Shown: piece by piece, positions 9,384 through 19,889 of the stretch
Layout: each line of letters opens with the position of its first letter
Position numbering within the stretch: position 1 is the first letter of the stretch
Notes under the pieces: generated by a model
Told to the model about the DNA's origin: nothing
The model's database searches: none
Seen by the model: only the letters and a program-made list of their open reading frames with translations
Assembly: GCA_021787335.1 (NCBI GenBank)
Contig: JAJYMC010000062.1
Span: 90,181 to 154,180, forward strand
Source of the DNA: Bacillota bacterium
GTDB taxonomy: Bacteria > Bacillota > Sulfobacillia > JAJYWN01 > JAJZPE01
Length of the DNA: 64,000 nt
Direction: 5' to 3'
Translations under genes and position numbers: made by a program

Positions 9384-11162
9384 ATGCCGGGTAAGGCCGT
9401 CTCTCGGGCGGCCGTCATAGCCATCCTCGTTCTTCTCGGCACCCTGACATCCGGCTGCCGAGGTGGCCCCGCCATGCCTGTCACGCGCCCCAAGGGGAGC
9501 CCCGACAGCGGGGTCCTCATCTATTGGCGGGGCGCCAATCTCCTGGCGCTGGACCTGGCCTCTTGGACGGAGACCAGGGTGGCCACGGTCAAAGGCGTGC
9601 GGACGGCGGCCTCTGCCGGGGATGGCTCACGCATCGCGGTTCTGAGAGACGCCTCCGCCAGCGCCATGCGCCGGCAACTGGTGCTGATCGACCGCACGGC
9701 GAACAGCGTGCGCCGAATCCCGTGCGCGGCCGACGCCTGGGGGATACAGTGGTCACCTGACGGCCAATACCTGGCCGTCGAATCGGGCCCGCCGGGCGGC
9801 GGCCGGGTCGCTATCTACGAGGCCAAGGACTGGCGGCTGATTGCTGAAGCCGACCAGACCAACGGCCTTTTCTCATTGGACAACCGGTTCTATGCCTACA
9901 CGTTCGCGGCCGACCCGGGGTCGTCGCCCGCGGGAGTCCGGGCATCGGGCATCGGACTGCTCGACCTGAACGAGAAGGCCGTGGCCAAGAGGACCCTCTT
10001 TGACGGCCGCGATGGTTACGCCTACAGGGTTCGGGATTGGGTCCCCGAGGGCCTGATCTACGAGCGTCTCCCGGTGCAGGCCGGGGGCCAAGGTCAGGCC
10101 GCTCAGGGGTCCACCGGGCCGACCGTCGAGCACGGGCTGGTCACCCCGCAGGGTGAAGTCACCGTCTTGCGTCCCAAGGACCCGTGGCTTCAGTCGACGA
10201 CGCTAGTGGGGGCCGCGGAGAAGGTCGCCGCCCGGTACCCTGACGCCAGCCCCCAGACCGACCTCTCCAGAGACCGACGCTGGCTACTCTTCACCTGTCC
10301 GATTGACGGGGAGGAGTGGGTCTTCGCCTGGAACATGAGAACGGAAACCGAACCCGTGGCCTTGGCTCCCGGGCAGAGCGGCGCCTGGCTGAAGGACCCG
10401 CGAGGGGAGCCGGAACCTTCCACCTTCCCGTACTATCAGCTGAAGCTCAACGAAAGGTATATGATCCTGTCCACACGCGACGTCGGTGGAGGCGACAAGC
10501 TCCTGGAGGTCACCGGCGACTGGCCGGCGCCTGACGATTCCCTCAGGATCTACCACTACTACATCTACGACGACGCCACCGGCCTGTACTACGGAATCCT
10601 TGGGGAAGGCGACAACGCCCGTTTCGTCCGGCAGGACGGGGCCCGGCTCATCTTCCGAGCCTACGACCTGTTCGGTACGCCCGGCATCAGCTTCCCCTAC
10701 TACGAAGACGTCTTCGACCTGGAAACCAAGACGTTGGACCGCCGGCCCATGTTCCTGCCGCTCAACCAGGTCGTGGAGACCGGCTTCATGGTGCCGTGGT
10801 CACGGGTCATCACGGGGGTCTCCCGCAGCCAGGGCGCCTTCACCCTAACGATGAAGATGGTCGATGGCGTGGCGCCGCCGGGTAGCTGGTCGCCGCCATG
10901 GAGCGTCAGCTCCTATGATGAAGGGGCCGGGGAGTTCACGCTGACCATGCGCCGGACGGCCCTCGGGCCTGGCCTAAAGGCCAACGAGGCGATGTGCCTC
11001 GGCACCGGCGATGGGCCCGCCGTGTCGGTCCTCTTCAGGCCCGATGGGCAGTCCCTGAAAGCCATCTTCAAGGTCGGCGCCCCAGCCGTTTGGCGACCCG
11101 GGCCGATCCGAGATGAAGGGGGTCAGGCCTTCTGGGACTTGACCTTCAAGCCGGCGCCCTGA
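9384..11162 (+). CDS. Lipoprotein with a TolB/WD40-like beta-propeller
   Basis: Lipobox-like LTSGC; WSPDGQYLA, FSLDNRFYA, LSRDRRWLLF repeats. Confidence 0.7.
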   Translation: MPGKAVSRAAVIAILVLLGTLTSGCRGGPAMPVTRPKGSPDSGVLIYWRGANLLALDLASWTETRVATVKGVRTAASAGDGSRIAVLRDASASAMRRQLVLIDRTANSVRRIPCAADAWGIQWSPDGQYLAVESGPPGGGRVAIYEAKDWRLIAEADQTNGLFSLDNRFYAYTFAADPGSSPAGVRASGIGLLDLNEKAVAKRTLFDGRDGYAYRVRDWVPEGLIYERLPVQAGGQGQAAQGSTGPTVEHGLVTPQGEVTVLRPKDPWLQSTTLVGAAEKVAARYPDASPQTDLSRDRRWLLFTCPIDGEEWVFAWNMRTETEPVALAPGQSGAWLKDPRGEPEPSTFPYYQLKLNERYMILSTRDVGGGDKLLEVTGDWPAPDDSLRIYHYYIYDDATGLYYGILGEGDNARFVRQDGARLIFRAYDLFGTPGISFPYYEDVFDLETKTLDRRPMFLPLNQVVETGFMVPWSRVITGVSRSQGAFTLTMKMVDGVAPPGSWSPPWSVSSYDEGAGEFTLTMRRTALGPGLKANEAMCLGTGDGPAVSVLFRPDGQSLKAIFKVGAPAVWRPGPIRDEGGQAFWDLTFKPAP

Positions 11163-11447
11163 ATGGCACCAGTTACCAACGGCGGCCTCTGGTCGGACAA
11201 GCCTCACGTCGTCCTGGAGGAGCCCTTCTGGGATGAGGGGACCCGAACCGCGACGACGCGGTACTTCATCATCGACGCCGGCGCGGGCGAGACAACTCGG
11301 TACGCCTCCAGCTACCAGGCCTACACGCCCCAGGAGTATGTGGCGACCCTGGAGCGGGTAGGCTTTGCCCGGGTCCGCCTATTGGAAGGGGTCGGCGGCG
11401 CGCCGCCGTTCCCGGGGATGATGGGCTTCTTGGCGGAGCGCCCCTAG
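11163..11447 (+). pseudogene. C-terminal fragment of a class I SAM-dependent methyltransferase
   Basis: GLWSDKPHVVLEEPFWDE...QAYTPQEYVATLERVGF resembles a methyltransferase C-terminus; SAM motif I is absent. Confidence 0.55.
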
Positions 11448-11474
11448 CAGGGTCCACGGGGGGAGAGACGGACG

Positions 11475-13271
11475 GTGGGCGAGAGACGCAGCCGGTCGTT
11501 CAGGGGAGCGCTGCCCGCGATCAGGTTCAGCTTGGGGGCGATCTTCGCCGGTGCGCCCCTGGAATCCGTGGGCATCGTGTTGCTTGGCCTCTTGGCCTCT
11601 CAATTCTCCATCGCGGGCTCCTGGGTTCAGGCCCTGATCATCGACACAGCCGTGAAAGCGCTGCAAGGCGGGGCCACCCTGTGGGTCTTCGCCATGCCGC
11701 TATCGCTCCAACTGGCCTTGGCCTTCGTCCAGCACATTCATTCATGGATGGCATCCGCTTCGGGGTCACTGCTCAACCTCAAGGTAGGAAACGCCCTTGG
11801 GCTCAAAGCCGTTGGTAAGACCGCGGCCCTCGATCTGGCGGCCCTCGAGGACCACCGGCTCCAAGACAGCCTGATGATGGCGGACTTCAGCGCAGCGGTC
11901 GCCTCGGCCCTGCCGACGACCCTCATCGAAGTCCTCAAGGGGTTCGTGGCCTTACTCGTCACCGCCCTTCTGCTCTGGCGGTTCGATTACCGGGTCGCGG
12001 TGTTGACCATCCTGGCCTGCCTGCCTTCGCTCTGGTCGAACCTCACCCTGGGGAACACCTCGTACCAGGTCGAGCTGGCCAAACAGCCGGAGACCAGGAA
12101 GAAACTCTACCTGGGCTCGCTCTTCCGCTCACCGCTCACGGCCCAGGAGATCAAGGTCTACGGGCTCCGAGACTACCTTCTTGGCAAATACTCCAAGGTC
12201 CAGACGGCTCTGACCGACCTCGAGCGTTCGATGGTTGGGAAGCGCAACGTGGTTACTTTCGCGACGTCGGCCGTCAGCAGCCTGGCCTACCTGGTCGCGC
12301 TCCTGCTCGTCATCCGAGGCATTCTGGGCGGGCGAATCACCATCGGCCAGCTGACTTTCTACTCCTCCCTGGTCATACAGGCCCAGGGGCTACTGAATCG
12401 GATCGCCTACCTGACTGGGAGCCTCTTCGAGATATCACTCAGGGTCGACCAGTTCGTGTCGGTGCTCGCGCTGACCCCCGCGGTCACCTGGCCCAAGACA
12501 GACACAAGGATCTCAAGCGCCCCGCGTGTGGAGTTCCGCGGGGTGTCGTTCCGTTACGCATCCGGTCAGAAGGACGCGCTGGCTGGACTCAACCTGTCCC
12601 TGGCCCCGGGCGAGCGGCTGGCCATCGTGGGGGAGAACGGCGCCGGCAAGTCCACCCTGGCCAAGCTGTTACTGAGGTTCCACGACCCGACCGAGGGACA
12701 GATCCTCGTGGACGGCGCCGACCTGAAGAGCTTGGACCTGGAAGGTTACTGGCAGGGCGTGGGCTACCTGCCCCAGGATTTCACCCGCTACGAGATGACG
12801 GCCCGAGAGAACATCGCCTTCGGACAGGTGGCGAGCTTGAACGACACGGAGTCGCTCCTGCGGGCCGCCGACGCCTCGGGCATCCGGGGCCGGGTTGAAA
12901 GCTTCCCGGAGGGCCTGGAAACCGTGTTGGGCACGATGTTCGAAGGGGGGCACCAGCTGTCGCCGGGTGAGTGGCAGAGGCTGGCCCTGAGCCGGGTTTT
13001 CCTGCGCACCACGCCGCTTCTCGTGATGGACGAGCCGACGAGTTCCATCGACCCGCACCAGGAGGCCGAGATCCTGAACCACATCCTGGAGCTCTCCTCG
13101 GGAAGGACCGCGGTCATAATCTCGCACCGGATGGCCCTGGCCAGGGTGGCGGACAGGGTGGTCGTTTTGGAGAGCGGCCGCGTGGCCGAGGAAGGTACCC
13201 ACGACCAACTGATGGCCCTTCGAGGGGTGTACCACCATCTGTTCACGTCTCAGGCCCAATGGTATGCGTAG
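11475..13271 (+). CDS. ABC exporter with fused permease and ATPase
   Basis: N-terminal TM domain, GENGAGKST, LSPGEWQR, VMDEPT, ISHR. Confidence 0.9.
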   Translation: MGERRSRSFRGALPAIRFSLGAIFAGAPLESVGIVLLGLLASQFSIAGSWVQALIIDTAVKALQGGATLWVFAMPLSLQLALAFVQHIHSWMASASGSLLNLKVGNALGLKAVGKTAALDLAALEDHRLQDSLMMADFSAAVASALPTTLIEVLKGFVALLVTALLLWRFDYRVAVLTILACLPSLWSNLTLGNTSYQVELAKQPETRKKLYLGSLFRSPLTAQEIKVYGLRDYLLGKYSKVQTALTDLERSMVGKRNVVTFATSAVSSLAYLVALLLVIRGILGGRITIGQLTFYSSLVIQAQGLLNRIAYLTGSLFEISLRVDQFVSVLALTPAVTWPKTDTRISSAPRVEFRGVSFRYASGQKDALAGLNLSLAPGERLAIVGENGAGKSTLAKLLLRFHDPTEGQILVDGADLKSLDLEGYWQGVGYLPQDFTRYEMTARENIAFGQVASLNDTESLLRAADASGIRGRVESFPEGLETVLGTMFEGGHQLSPGEWQRLALSRVFLRTTPLLVMDEPTSSIDPHQEAEILNHILELSSGRTAVIISHRMALARVADRVVVLESGRVAEEGTHDQLMALRGVYHHLFTSQAQWYA

Positions 13272-13327
13272 TCCCCTTAGGCGTCCCGGAGGCCAGACAT
13301 GGCCAAGCCCCCCACTGCACAAAAGCA

Positions 13328-13354
13328 AGCCCTACGGCTTCAGGCCGTAGGGCT
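13328..13354. terminator. Hairpin terminator between convergent genes
   Basis: AGCCCTACGGC-TTCAG-GCCGTAGGGCT. Confidence 0.65.
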
Positions 13355-13389
13355 CATTTGATTCCAGGCCAAGAGGCGGGGAGGGTAGG

Positions 13390-14419
13390 TCAGCTTTGTC
13401 CACCGGGCGCCGGCCTGGCCTTCGCCCGCCTGACGACGGTCACGCCGACCAGGATGACGAGCACGCCGACGAACCGCAGGGTCGTCCACTTCTCGGCGAG
13501 CAGCCAGTAGGCGAAGACGCTGGTGGTGATGGGGGTCAGGTTGTGGAAGGCGCCGGTGCGGGCCGGCCCCAGGCGCTCCACCCCGTAGCTCCAGACGATG
13601 TACGGTCCGACGAGGCCGAGGGCGCCGGAGAAGAGGAACGCGGCCCAGGCGAGCGGGCCGATGGCCGACCAGTCCTGCTTGGCGAACTGCGGCAGGGTCA
13701 CGAGGACCAGGGCGATGGTCCCGAAGAGCATCGTCCAGGCGGTCAGCTTGGTCGGGCTGTAGCGGCCGCCCGCGCCGTCCTGGTCGCCGAGGAGCGGCTT
13801 CGATGAGATGGTGTAGACGGCCCAGCAGAAGACGGCGATGAAGGTCATCAGGTCGCCGCGGACCGAGGCCGCGCCGAAGGAGAAGGACTTCTCGGCCCCC
13901 ACGGCGACGATGACCACGCCGGCGGCTCAGGGCGATGCCGGTCCAGGCCGCCCGGCCCAGGCGGTCGTGGTTTGAGAACGTGCTGAGAAGGGCGATGCTC
14001 ACCGGCGATGTGGCCATGATGAAGGCCGTGTTGCCGGCGGTCGACAGGCTGATGCCCGTGATCCAGAGCCACTGATAGATGAAATGGCCGGTCAGCCCGA
14101 CCGCCGCGATGACCAGCAGGTCCTTGCGGGGCAGGACCATGGCGCGACGGCCGCCGCGCCGTCCCTCGGTCAGCCACATCACGAGGAAGATGAGGGCCGT
14201 GGCGTAGACGAAGCGGAGCGAGTTGAAGACCATGGGCTGGAACTGGCTCACCGCGTACTTGATGGCCACCGAGTTGAGGCCCCACGAGATGGTGACCAGG
14301 ACGAGCAGGGCGTCAAGAGGGCCGAGGGGCACGGACGCTGAGCCCGGCGCCGGCCGAACGGCTGGCGCTTCAGGCTGAGCTGATGGTGCGGAAGATGGCG
14401 TCATTACCTGATGGTTCAA
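13390..14419 (-). pseudogene. EamA/DMT family transporter, frameshifted near 13924
   Basis: The N-half (SWGLNSVAIK...WTGIALS) and C-half (AGVVIVAV...GVERLGPARTGAF) lie in different frames. Confidence 0.85.
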
Positions 14420-14452
14420 CTCCGTCTTGGCCGCGGTCCGGTTGCGCGACGA

Positions 14453-17400
14453 TCAGGGCAGGGACGACGCCCAGATGACGATGGCATTGCCCTGCGGGGT
14501 GCCGCCCAAATCGCGGAGGATGGTGGCCGCCTCGCTGGACGCGACCGGCGCATCATCCCATGATTCGACGGCGACCTTGAGCCTCCTGTCTCGGCCACGT
14601 TCCGAACCTCTGAGGAACGCCGTCGCCATGTGCTTGACGGCGGTGGCCAAGAGGGCGTGGTCCGGTATTGCATCCGGCTCTGGGGCCACCGGCGCCAGGC
14701 GCTTGCCGAAGTTCTCCACGGCCAACACGGGGCGGGCCCCGGAGAAGACGATATAGTTGCCGGAGACGCGGCTCACCGGGCAGGTGCCGGGGGCGATGGC
14801 CGGGTCGAGGGCGGAAAGCATCCGAAGGGGGGCGGGTTCGGAGGCGGACGCGGGCTCGTGGCCAAGCGTGGGCGCAGCTTCGGCCTCGCCAGCGGCTTGC
14901 CCCTGGGATTGCTCCCGCAGCCTTTCGACGGCATCGGGCCAGGCGAACTGCGGCCCCGATAGGCCGTTGACGAAATACCCCTGTCGAACACGACCAAGGA
15001 TCTCCTCGCGCTTGAGCACGGCGATGACATCGGACCATGGGGCCGGGTCGTCTTCGGCGGCCATCAGCTCGCGGGCCCCGACGCCGTAGCGATCGAGGAG
15101 GGCGGTGGCCCAGAAGGTCGCGGCCTCACCGGACGACCGCACCGGCCACCAGCGCCCGGTGGTGCCGGCCTGAGCCTTGCGCCGGGCGGGCGCGGCCAGG
15201 AGGCGGGCCGGGGCGAAGGTGTCGTTGGAGACCTTACCGGCCCCGACAAGCCGCAGTAGCGAGTCCACGACGGTCACGGCCGGCAGGCCCGTCGAGGCGG
15301 CGATGGCCCCGGCGAAGGAAGCCCCGTGTTCCTCGAGGGCTCGTAGGACGGCCGCATCCACCTGGCCGGACTCGGCTCCACGGGTCGGCTCCGATTCCTC
15401 GGTGCCGGAAGCCGCCGGCGGGCAGATGGAGCCGACCGGGAAGAAGGCCACTCGCCCGCCGCGCCCGGCCACCCAGGCGAACTCGCCCGCGGCCAGTAGA
15501 CCGTCGAGCCAGATGGGTTGGTAGCCCGGGATCCTGGCCGGCAGGACGTCGCGCTCCCAGGCGTCGACAGGGAGGGCCAGCCCGCGCAGGCGCGACAGGA
15601 CTTCCTTCAGACGTTCGGGGCCGGTCGACCCGAAAGACCCCACCGACCCCGTCGACCCGACCGGCCCGACCGTCGGAAGCAGCCGGGCCATCAGGAACCG
15701 CTGAAAAGCCCGCGGCGCGATGGGTTCCATCTGGTGCCTGAGGATGCCCAGGGTGCGCCGGTGCATCTGCTGGAGGACGTCGCTGTCGCACCACTCGCGG
15801 CCCTCGACGTCGGGGGTGAACTCGCCAGCGACCACCTCGCCCTCGGCCTGCAGGACGGCCAGGGCTTCGCGGACCCAGGCCGGGTCGAAGCCGTATCGGG
15901 CCTGGATCTCCGAAGGACGGAAAGGCCCGTGTGTTCTGGCATAGCGGCGGACGACGGTCTCGCGCGCCGAAACCGCGCCGCCGAGGGCGTCGTGATAGAG
16001 CGGGGCGTCTTCGGCGGTCACGAAGCGGACCGCTGTCTCGGCCGCCGAGCCAGGAAGTGCCGCCGGACCGGGCGTGGCCGTCACCGACGGGAACTCAATG
16101 GCCACCGCTCGCCGGGCGTCCACGAGCTGCTTGATGAGGTCCGCCGCCGGGGTCGTGCCCTCGACCCGTTCGGCCAATTCATCAAGGCTGAGGTCGCCCA
16201 CGTGGCGCAGGAGGTCGTGGACCTCGTCGGCGGTCCGCGCCCGCCGGCCCTCGGCCCGCCGCTGCAGCCAGTCGACCGTGTCGGTGATCGCCCGTGGCTC
16301 CAAGAGCTCCCGCAGGCCGCTTGAGCCCAGCGCCTCGCGGAGGACCTCCCGGTTGACGGCCAACATCTGGCTGCGTCGTTCGGCCTTTGGGGTGTCGTCG
16401 CCGTACATGTTGGCCCCGATGAAACGGAAGAGGAGGTTGGCCGCAAATGGGGACGGGACGGCCGTCTCCCGGGTCTCCACGGCGACCTGGCCGCTCTCGA
16501 TGGACCTGAGAACATCGACCAGGTCGCCGACATGAAGGACATCCTCGAGGACTTCTCGGTAGGCCTCAACGGTCACCGGGTAATCCGCGTGCCGCCGAGC
16601 CGCCTGCAGCAGGTCACCCGCCCGCAGACGTTGCAACCACATCGGCGTGCGTTCGCCGGCCGCGCCCTTGGTCAAGACCAACGCCCGCGCCGCGGCGTGC
16701 CGGAACGACGTGCCGAAAAGCGCCGAACCAGCCAGATCGTGCAGAATCAGTTCCTCGGCGTTGGCCGAGTTGACTCCCTCCAGGGGGAAGCCCGGCGGGA
16801 AGCCCGCCACTCCCTCCCCGACGGAGTGGGTCAGCCGGAAAAGCATCCCGTCATCGCCGTAGACGCAGTCGACGACGAGGCCGTGCTTCTGGCGCAGGCG
16901 CCGAAGGATGGCCATGCTCCAGGCGGCGTGGACCGGGCCGCCGAAGGGCGTGTGGACGATGACCCGCGGGTCGCCCACCTCGTCCTTGAACCGCTCGACG
17001 ATGATCCGCCGGTCGCCGGGCAGGCCCGCGGCCGCCCGCTGGTCAATGATGTACTCGGCCAGGTTGGCCGCCGCCCTGGGCTCGCAGGCGGTCTCGTTCT
17101 CCAGCCATGTGGTCACCGCCTCAAGGCCCGCGCCAAGCCGCTCCTCGGCCTCGCGGACGAAGCGCCCGACCTGCCGGCCCAGTTCATAGGGGCGCCCGAG
17201 GCCCTCGCCCTTCCAGAACGGGATCTTCGCCTCGCGCCCCGGGGCCTCGCTGACGAAGACCCGGTCGCGCTCGATGGACTCGATCCGCCAGGGGGAGCTG
17301 CCGAGCCAGAAGACCTCGCCGAGGCGCGACTCGAAGACCATCTCCTCGTCCAATTCGCCCAGTCGGACGCGGGTGCCCTGGAGGTAGACCGGGAAGAGGC

Positions 17401-18997
17401 CGCGGTCGGGGATGGTCCCGCCGCCCCGGATGGCCAGGAGCCGCCCGCCCTCGCGCCCCCGGACGACGCCGTTCTCCTTGTCCCACGTTATCCGGGGCTT
17501 CATCTCGGCCAAGTCCCCAGCCGGGTCGCGGCCGCCCAGCATCTCCAGGACGGCTTCGAACCCATGGCGCGACAGCTCCCGGTATGGGTAGGCGCGACGA
17601 ATCAGGCGGAAGAGGTCGTCCACCGGCCACTCGTCAACGGCGGCCATGGCCACGATCTGTTGGGCCAGGACATCCAGGCAACCGCGAGGCACGCGGGTCG
17701 TCTCGACCTCGCCGCGGAGCATCTCGCGGGCGATGGCCGCCGCCTCCAGGAGGTCCGAACGCTGCTTGGGAACGACGCGGCCCTTGGCCGACGCCCCGAC
17801 CAGGTGCCCGGCCCGGCCGACCCGCTGCAGCCCGCGCGACACGCTCTTCGGCGACTCGACCTGGACGACAAGGTCGATGAAACCCACGTCGATGCCCAGT
17901 TCCAGCGACGAGGTGGCGACGAGGCAGGGGAGACGGCCCTCCTTGAGGTCCCGCTCGACCTGCTCCCGCGCGGCCCGGGACATCGAGCCGTGATGCGTGC
18001 GGGCGACTTCGGCCGCGCCGCCCGACGCGGCCGCACCGCCCTGCCCCTGCCAGCCTTCGGCCGCCGCCAGCTCGTTGAGCTTCAGGGCCAGCCGCTCGGC
18101 CAATCGCCGGTTGTTGACGAAGACCAGGGTCGAGCGGTGGGCCTTGATCCACTCGTAGAGGCGCGGGTAGACCGTCGGCCAGATCGAGCCCTCCGGCAAC
18201 ACGCGCAGGTCATCGACGGTCACCGTGACCTTGAGGTCCAGGTCCTTGCGGCGCCCGGCGTCGATGATGCTCACCGGGCGCGGCTCGCCGCCCTCCGGGT
18301 CCAGGCCGCCCAGGAACCGGGCGATCTCCTCCAGCGGCCGCTGGGTGGCCGAGAGCCCGATGCGCACGGGCTTTCGGGCCAGGGCCTCGACCCGTTCCAG
18401 GGACAGGGCCAGGTGCACGCCGCGCTTGGTCCCGGCCATGGCGTGGATCTCGTCGACGATGACCCAGCGGACCGTGGTCAGCATCCGGCGGGCCTGGCCG
18501 GAGGTCAGGATGAGGTAGAGGGACTCTGGTGTGGTGATGAGGATGTGTGGCGGCTTCTTCAGCATCGCCCGGCGCGCCTGGGCCGGCGTGTCCCCGGTCC
18601 GCACGGCCGAGGTCAGCTCGGGCAGCTCATGGCCGAGCCGCCGTGCCGTCCGGGCGATGCCACGCAAGGGCAGCTCCAGGTTGCGGTGGATGTCGTTATT
18701 CAGGGCCTTCAGCGGCGACACGTAGAGCACTTGGATGCCCGAGAGGTCGCGGCCGGCCTCGCCCTCCACGTAGAGCTGGTTCAGGCAGGCCAGGAAGGCG
18801 GCCAGGGTCTTGCCGGACCCGGTCGGGGCCAGAATCAGCGTGTTTTGGCCGGCGGCGATGGACGGCCAGCCCATGGACTGGGCCGGCGTGGGCCGCCCGA
18901 CGTTCTCCTCGAACCAGGCCCGAACGGCGGGGTGGAAGGGGTCCAGGGCGGCCTGTTGCGCCGACCCTTCAAGGTTCGGCCGATGGTCTTGGCTCAT
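14453..18997 (-). CDS. lhr: Full-length Lhr helicase (SF2 core plus C-terminal domain)
   Basis: APTGSGKT, IVDEIH, SAT, HHGS, ATSSLELGID, QRVGRAGH, GELDEEMVFE, GYFVNGLSGPQFA; 1514 aa. Confidence 0.95.
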   Translation of the reverse strand: MSQDHRPNLEGSAQQAALDPFHPAVRAWFEENVGRPTPAQSMGWPSIAAGQNTLILAPTGSGKTLAAFLACLNQLYVEGEAGRDLSGIQVLYVSPLKALNNDIHRNLELPLRGIARTARRLGHELPELTSAVRTGDTPAQARRAMLKKPPHILITTPESLYLILTSGQARRMLTTVRWVIVDEIHAMAGTKRGVHLALSLERVEALARKPVRIGLSATQRPLEEIARFLGGLDPEGGEPRPVSIIDAGRRKDLDLKVTVTVDDLRVLPEGSIWPTVYPRLYEWIKAHRSTLVFVNNRRLAERLALKLNELAAAEGWQGQGGAAASGGAAEVARTHHGSMSRAAREQVERDLKEGRLPCLVATSSLELGIDVGFIDLVVQVESPKSVSRGLQRVGRAGHLVGASAKGRVVPKQRSDLLEAAAIAREMLRGEVETTRVPRGCLDVLAQQIVAMAAVDEWPVDDLFRLIRRAYPYRELSRHGFEAVLEMLGGRDPAGDLAEMKPRITWDKENGVVRGREGGRLLAIRGGGTIPDRGLFPVYLQGTRVRLGELDEEMVFESRLGEVFWLGSSPWRIESIERDRVFVSEAPGREAKIPFWKGEGLGRPYELGRQVGRFVREAEERLGAGLEAVTTWLENETACEPRAAANLAEYIIDQRAAAGLPGDRRIIVERFKDEVGDPRVIVHTPFGGPVHAAWSMAILRRLRQKHGLVVDCVYGDDGMLFRLTHSVGEGVAGFPPGFPLEGVNSANAEELILHDLAGSALFGTSFRHAAARALVLTKGAAGERTPMWLQRLRAGDLLQAARRHADYPVTVEAYREVLEDVLHVGDLVDVLRSIESGQVAVETRETAVPSPFAANLLFRFIGANMYGDDTPKAERRSQMLAVNREVLREALGSSGLRELLEPRAITDTVDWLQRRAEGRRARTADEVHDLLRHVGDLSLDELAERVEGTTPAADLIKQLVDARRAVAIEFPSVTATPGPAALPGSAAETAVRFVTAEDAPLYHDALGGAVSARETVVRRYARTHGPFRPSEIQARYGFDPAWVREALAVLQAEGEVVAGEFTPDVEGREWCDSDVLQQMHRRTLGILRHQMEPIAPRAFQRFLMARLLPTVGPVGSTGSVGSFGSTGPERLKEVLSRLRGLALPVDAWERDVLPARIPGYQPIWLDGLLAAGEFAWVAGRGGRVAFFPVGSICPPAASGTEESEPTRGAESGQVDAAVLRALEEHGASFAGAIAASTGLPAVTVVDSLLRLVGAGKVSNDTFAPARLLAAPARRKAQAGTTGRWWPVRSSGEAATFWATALLDRYGVGARELMAAEDDPAPWSDVIAVLKREEILGRVRQGYFVNGLSGPQFAWPDAVERLREQSQGQAAGEAEAAPTLGHEPASASEPAPLRMLSALDPAIAPGTCPVSRVSGNYIVFSGARPVLAVENFGKRLAPVAPEPDAIPDHALLATAVKHMATAFLRGSERGRDRRLKVAVESWDDAPVASSEAATILRDLGGTPQGNAIVIWASSLP

Positions 18998-19716
18998 GGC
19001 GCTCCCTTCAGGAATAGGGCCAGGTCGCGCTCAATGGCGTCGCTGTGAAACCGCTCGTGGTACATGAATCGGCGGAAGAGCTTGCGGGCCGTCCAGACCT
19101 GGCCGTCGGCGGTCCTGGCGGCGGCCCGGTCCTCCGGGCTCAGGTGGCCCAGGCGTTCCACGGCTAGCTCTCGGTTGAGGGCCAGTTTGTCCCAGACGTC
19201 CTTGGCCCGCCTGAGGGTCGGCAGGTCCCGCCAATACCGGCTGAGATACCAGCGGTCGCAGGCGGCGATGTGGGTCAGCTGCTCCTGGATGGTCATCCGG
19301 CGGGGGAGGGACTTGAACCCGTAGGCCCCGGCTGGGAGGCGGTCCTTCAACGTCCAGAGGGTCTTCCGCTGGTGCTCGAGGATGGCCAGGAGTCCGGGCA
19401 CCTCTTTGGGTCGGACCGGTTCGAGGTCGCGTTTGAAAGTGGCCCGGGTGTTCCCACGGGTTGACTTCCCGCGGCGCCTGACCGTCTCGGCGACGACGAT
19501 CTCCGGCGTCTCGCCGTCCTTCCAGGGCTCCGCCAGCAGGTCGAGCCGGCCGCAATCGGCCAGGAACCGCCTTAGCCGAGCAGCCTCGCGGGGCGCCGCG
19601 GCCATGGCTTCATCAGGGGTATCACCGCAAGACAGCAGCCCGGGAGGGTCAAAGGTGTAGAGGATGCAGCCGCCCTCGCTGCCCAATTCCGCGTAGACTT
19701 TGAGCTTCGCCACCAT
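18994..19716 (-). CDS. HicB-like N-terminal domain fused to a DinB/YfiT domain
   Basis: PGLLSCGDTPDEAMA (HicB-like); MTIQEQLTHIAACDRWY and WTARKLFRRFMYHERFH (DinB); stop overlaps the lhr ATG. Confidence 0.75.
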   Translation of the reverse strand: MVAKLKVYAELGSEGGCILYTFDPPGLLSCGDTPDEAMAAAPREAARLRRFLADCGRLDLLAEPWKDGETPEIVVAETVRRRGKSTRGNTRATFKRDLEPVRPKEVPGLLAILEHQRKTLWTLKDRLPAGAYGFKSLPRRMTIQEQLTHIAACDRWYLSRYWRDLPTLRRAKDVWDKLALNRELAVERLGHLSPEDRAAARTADGQVWTARKLFRRFMYHERFHSDAIERDLALFLKGAP

Positions 19717-19757
19717 GTTGGCCTCCTTGGCTTTGCGGGCGTCTGCCCGTCTCGGCC

Positions 19758-19771
19758 CGAACATACATTCT
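19758..19771. promoter_or_regulatory. Putative LexA (Cheo) box overlapping a sigmaH-like -10
   Basis: CGAACATACATTCT, one mismatch to GAAC-N4-GTTC; AGGA-N17-GAAT at 19767-19791 on the minus strand. Confidence 0.6.
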
Positions 19772-19889
19772 CCACCCCGCGGGCTAATCCTTCTGACCGT
19801 TAGTCGAGTCGAATGGGTTCGTCTCGCATAACCCGCCCGTGCCCCCGGCACGCTATTGGCGGCAAATCGGACGAGTGGGGGGTTCATCG

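Noticed and set aside
13328..13354. Hairpin resembling an IS200/IS605 end
   Set aside because: It has no terminal motif or partner end, and its position fits a terminator.
13288..13361. 20-aa ORF with a GGAGG RBS after the ABC exporter, as a possible RiPP precursor
   Set aside because: It has no leader or core features, no modifying enzymes are nearby, and it runs through the terminator hairpin.
16532..19048. Long ORFs such as 16532-19048(+), 32415-34169(+), 46550-48571(-) and 62165-63907(-)
   Set aside because: They are antisense shadows of real high-GC genes and have no motifs of their own.
18994..19716. HicAB toxin-antitoxin module
   Set aside because: There is no hicA, and the C-terminal domain is DinB-like rather than DNA-binding.
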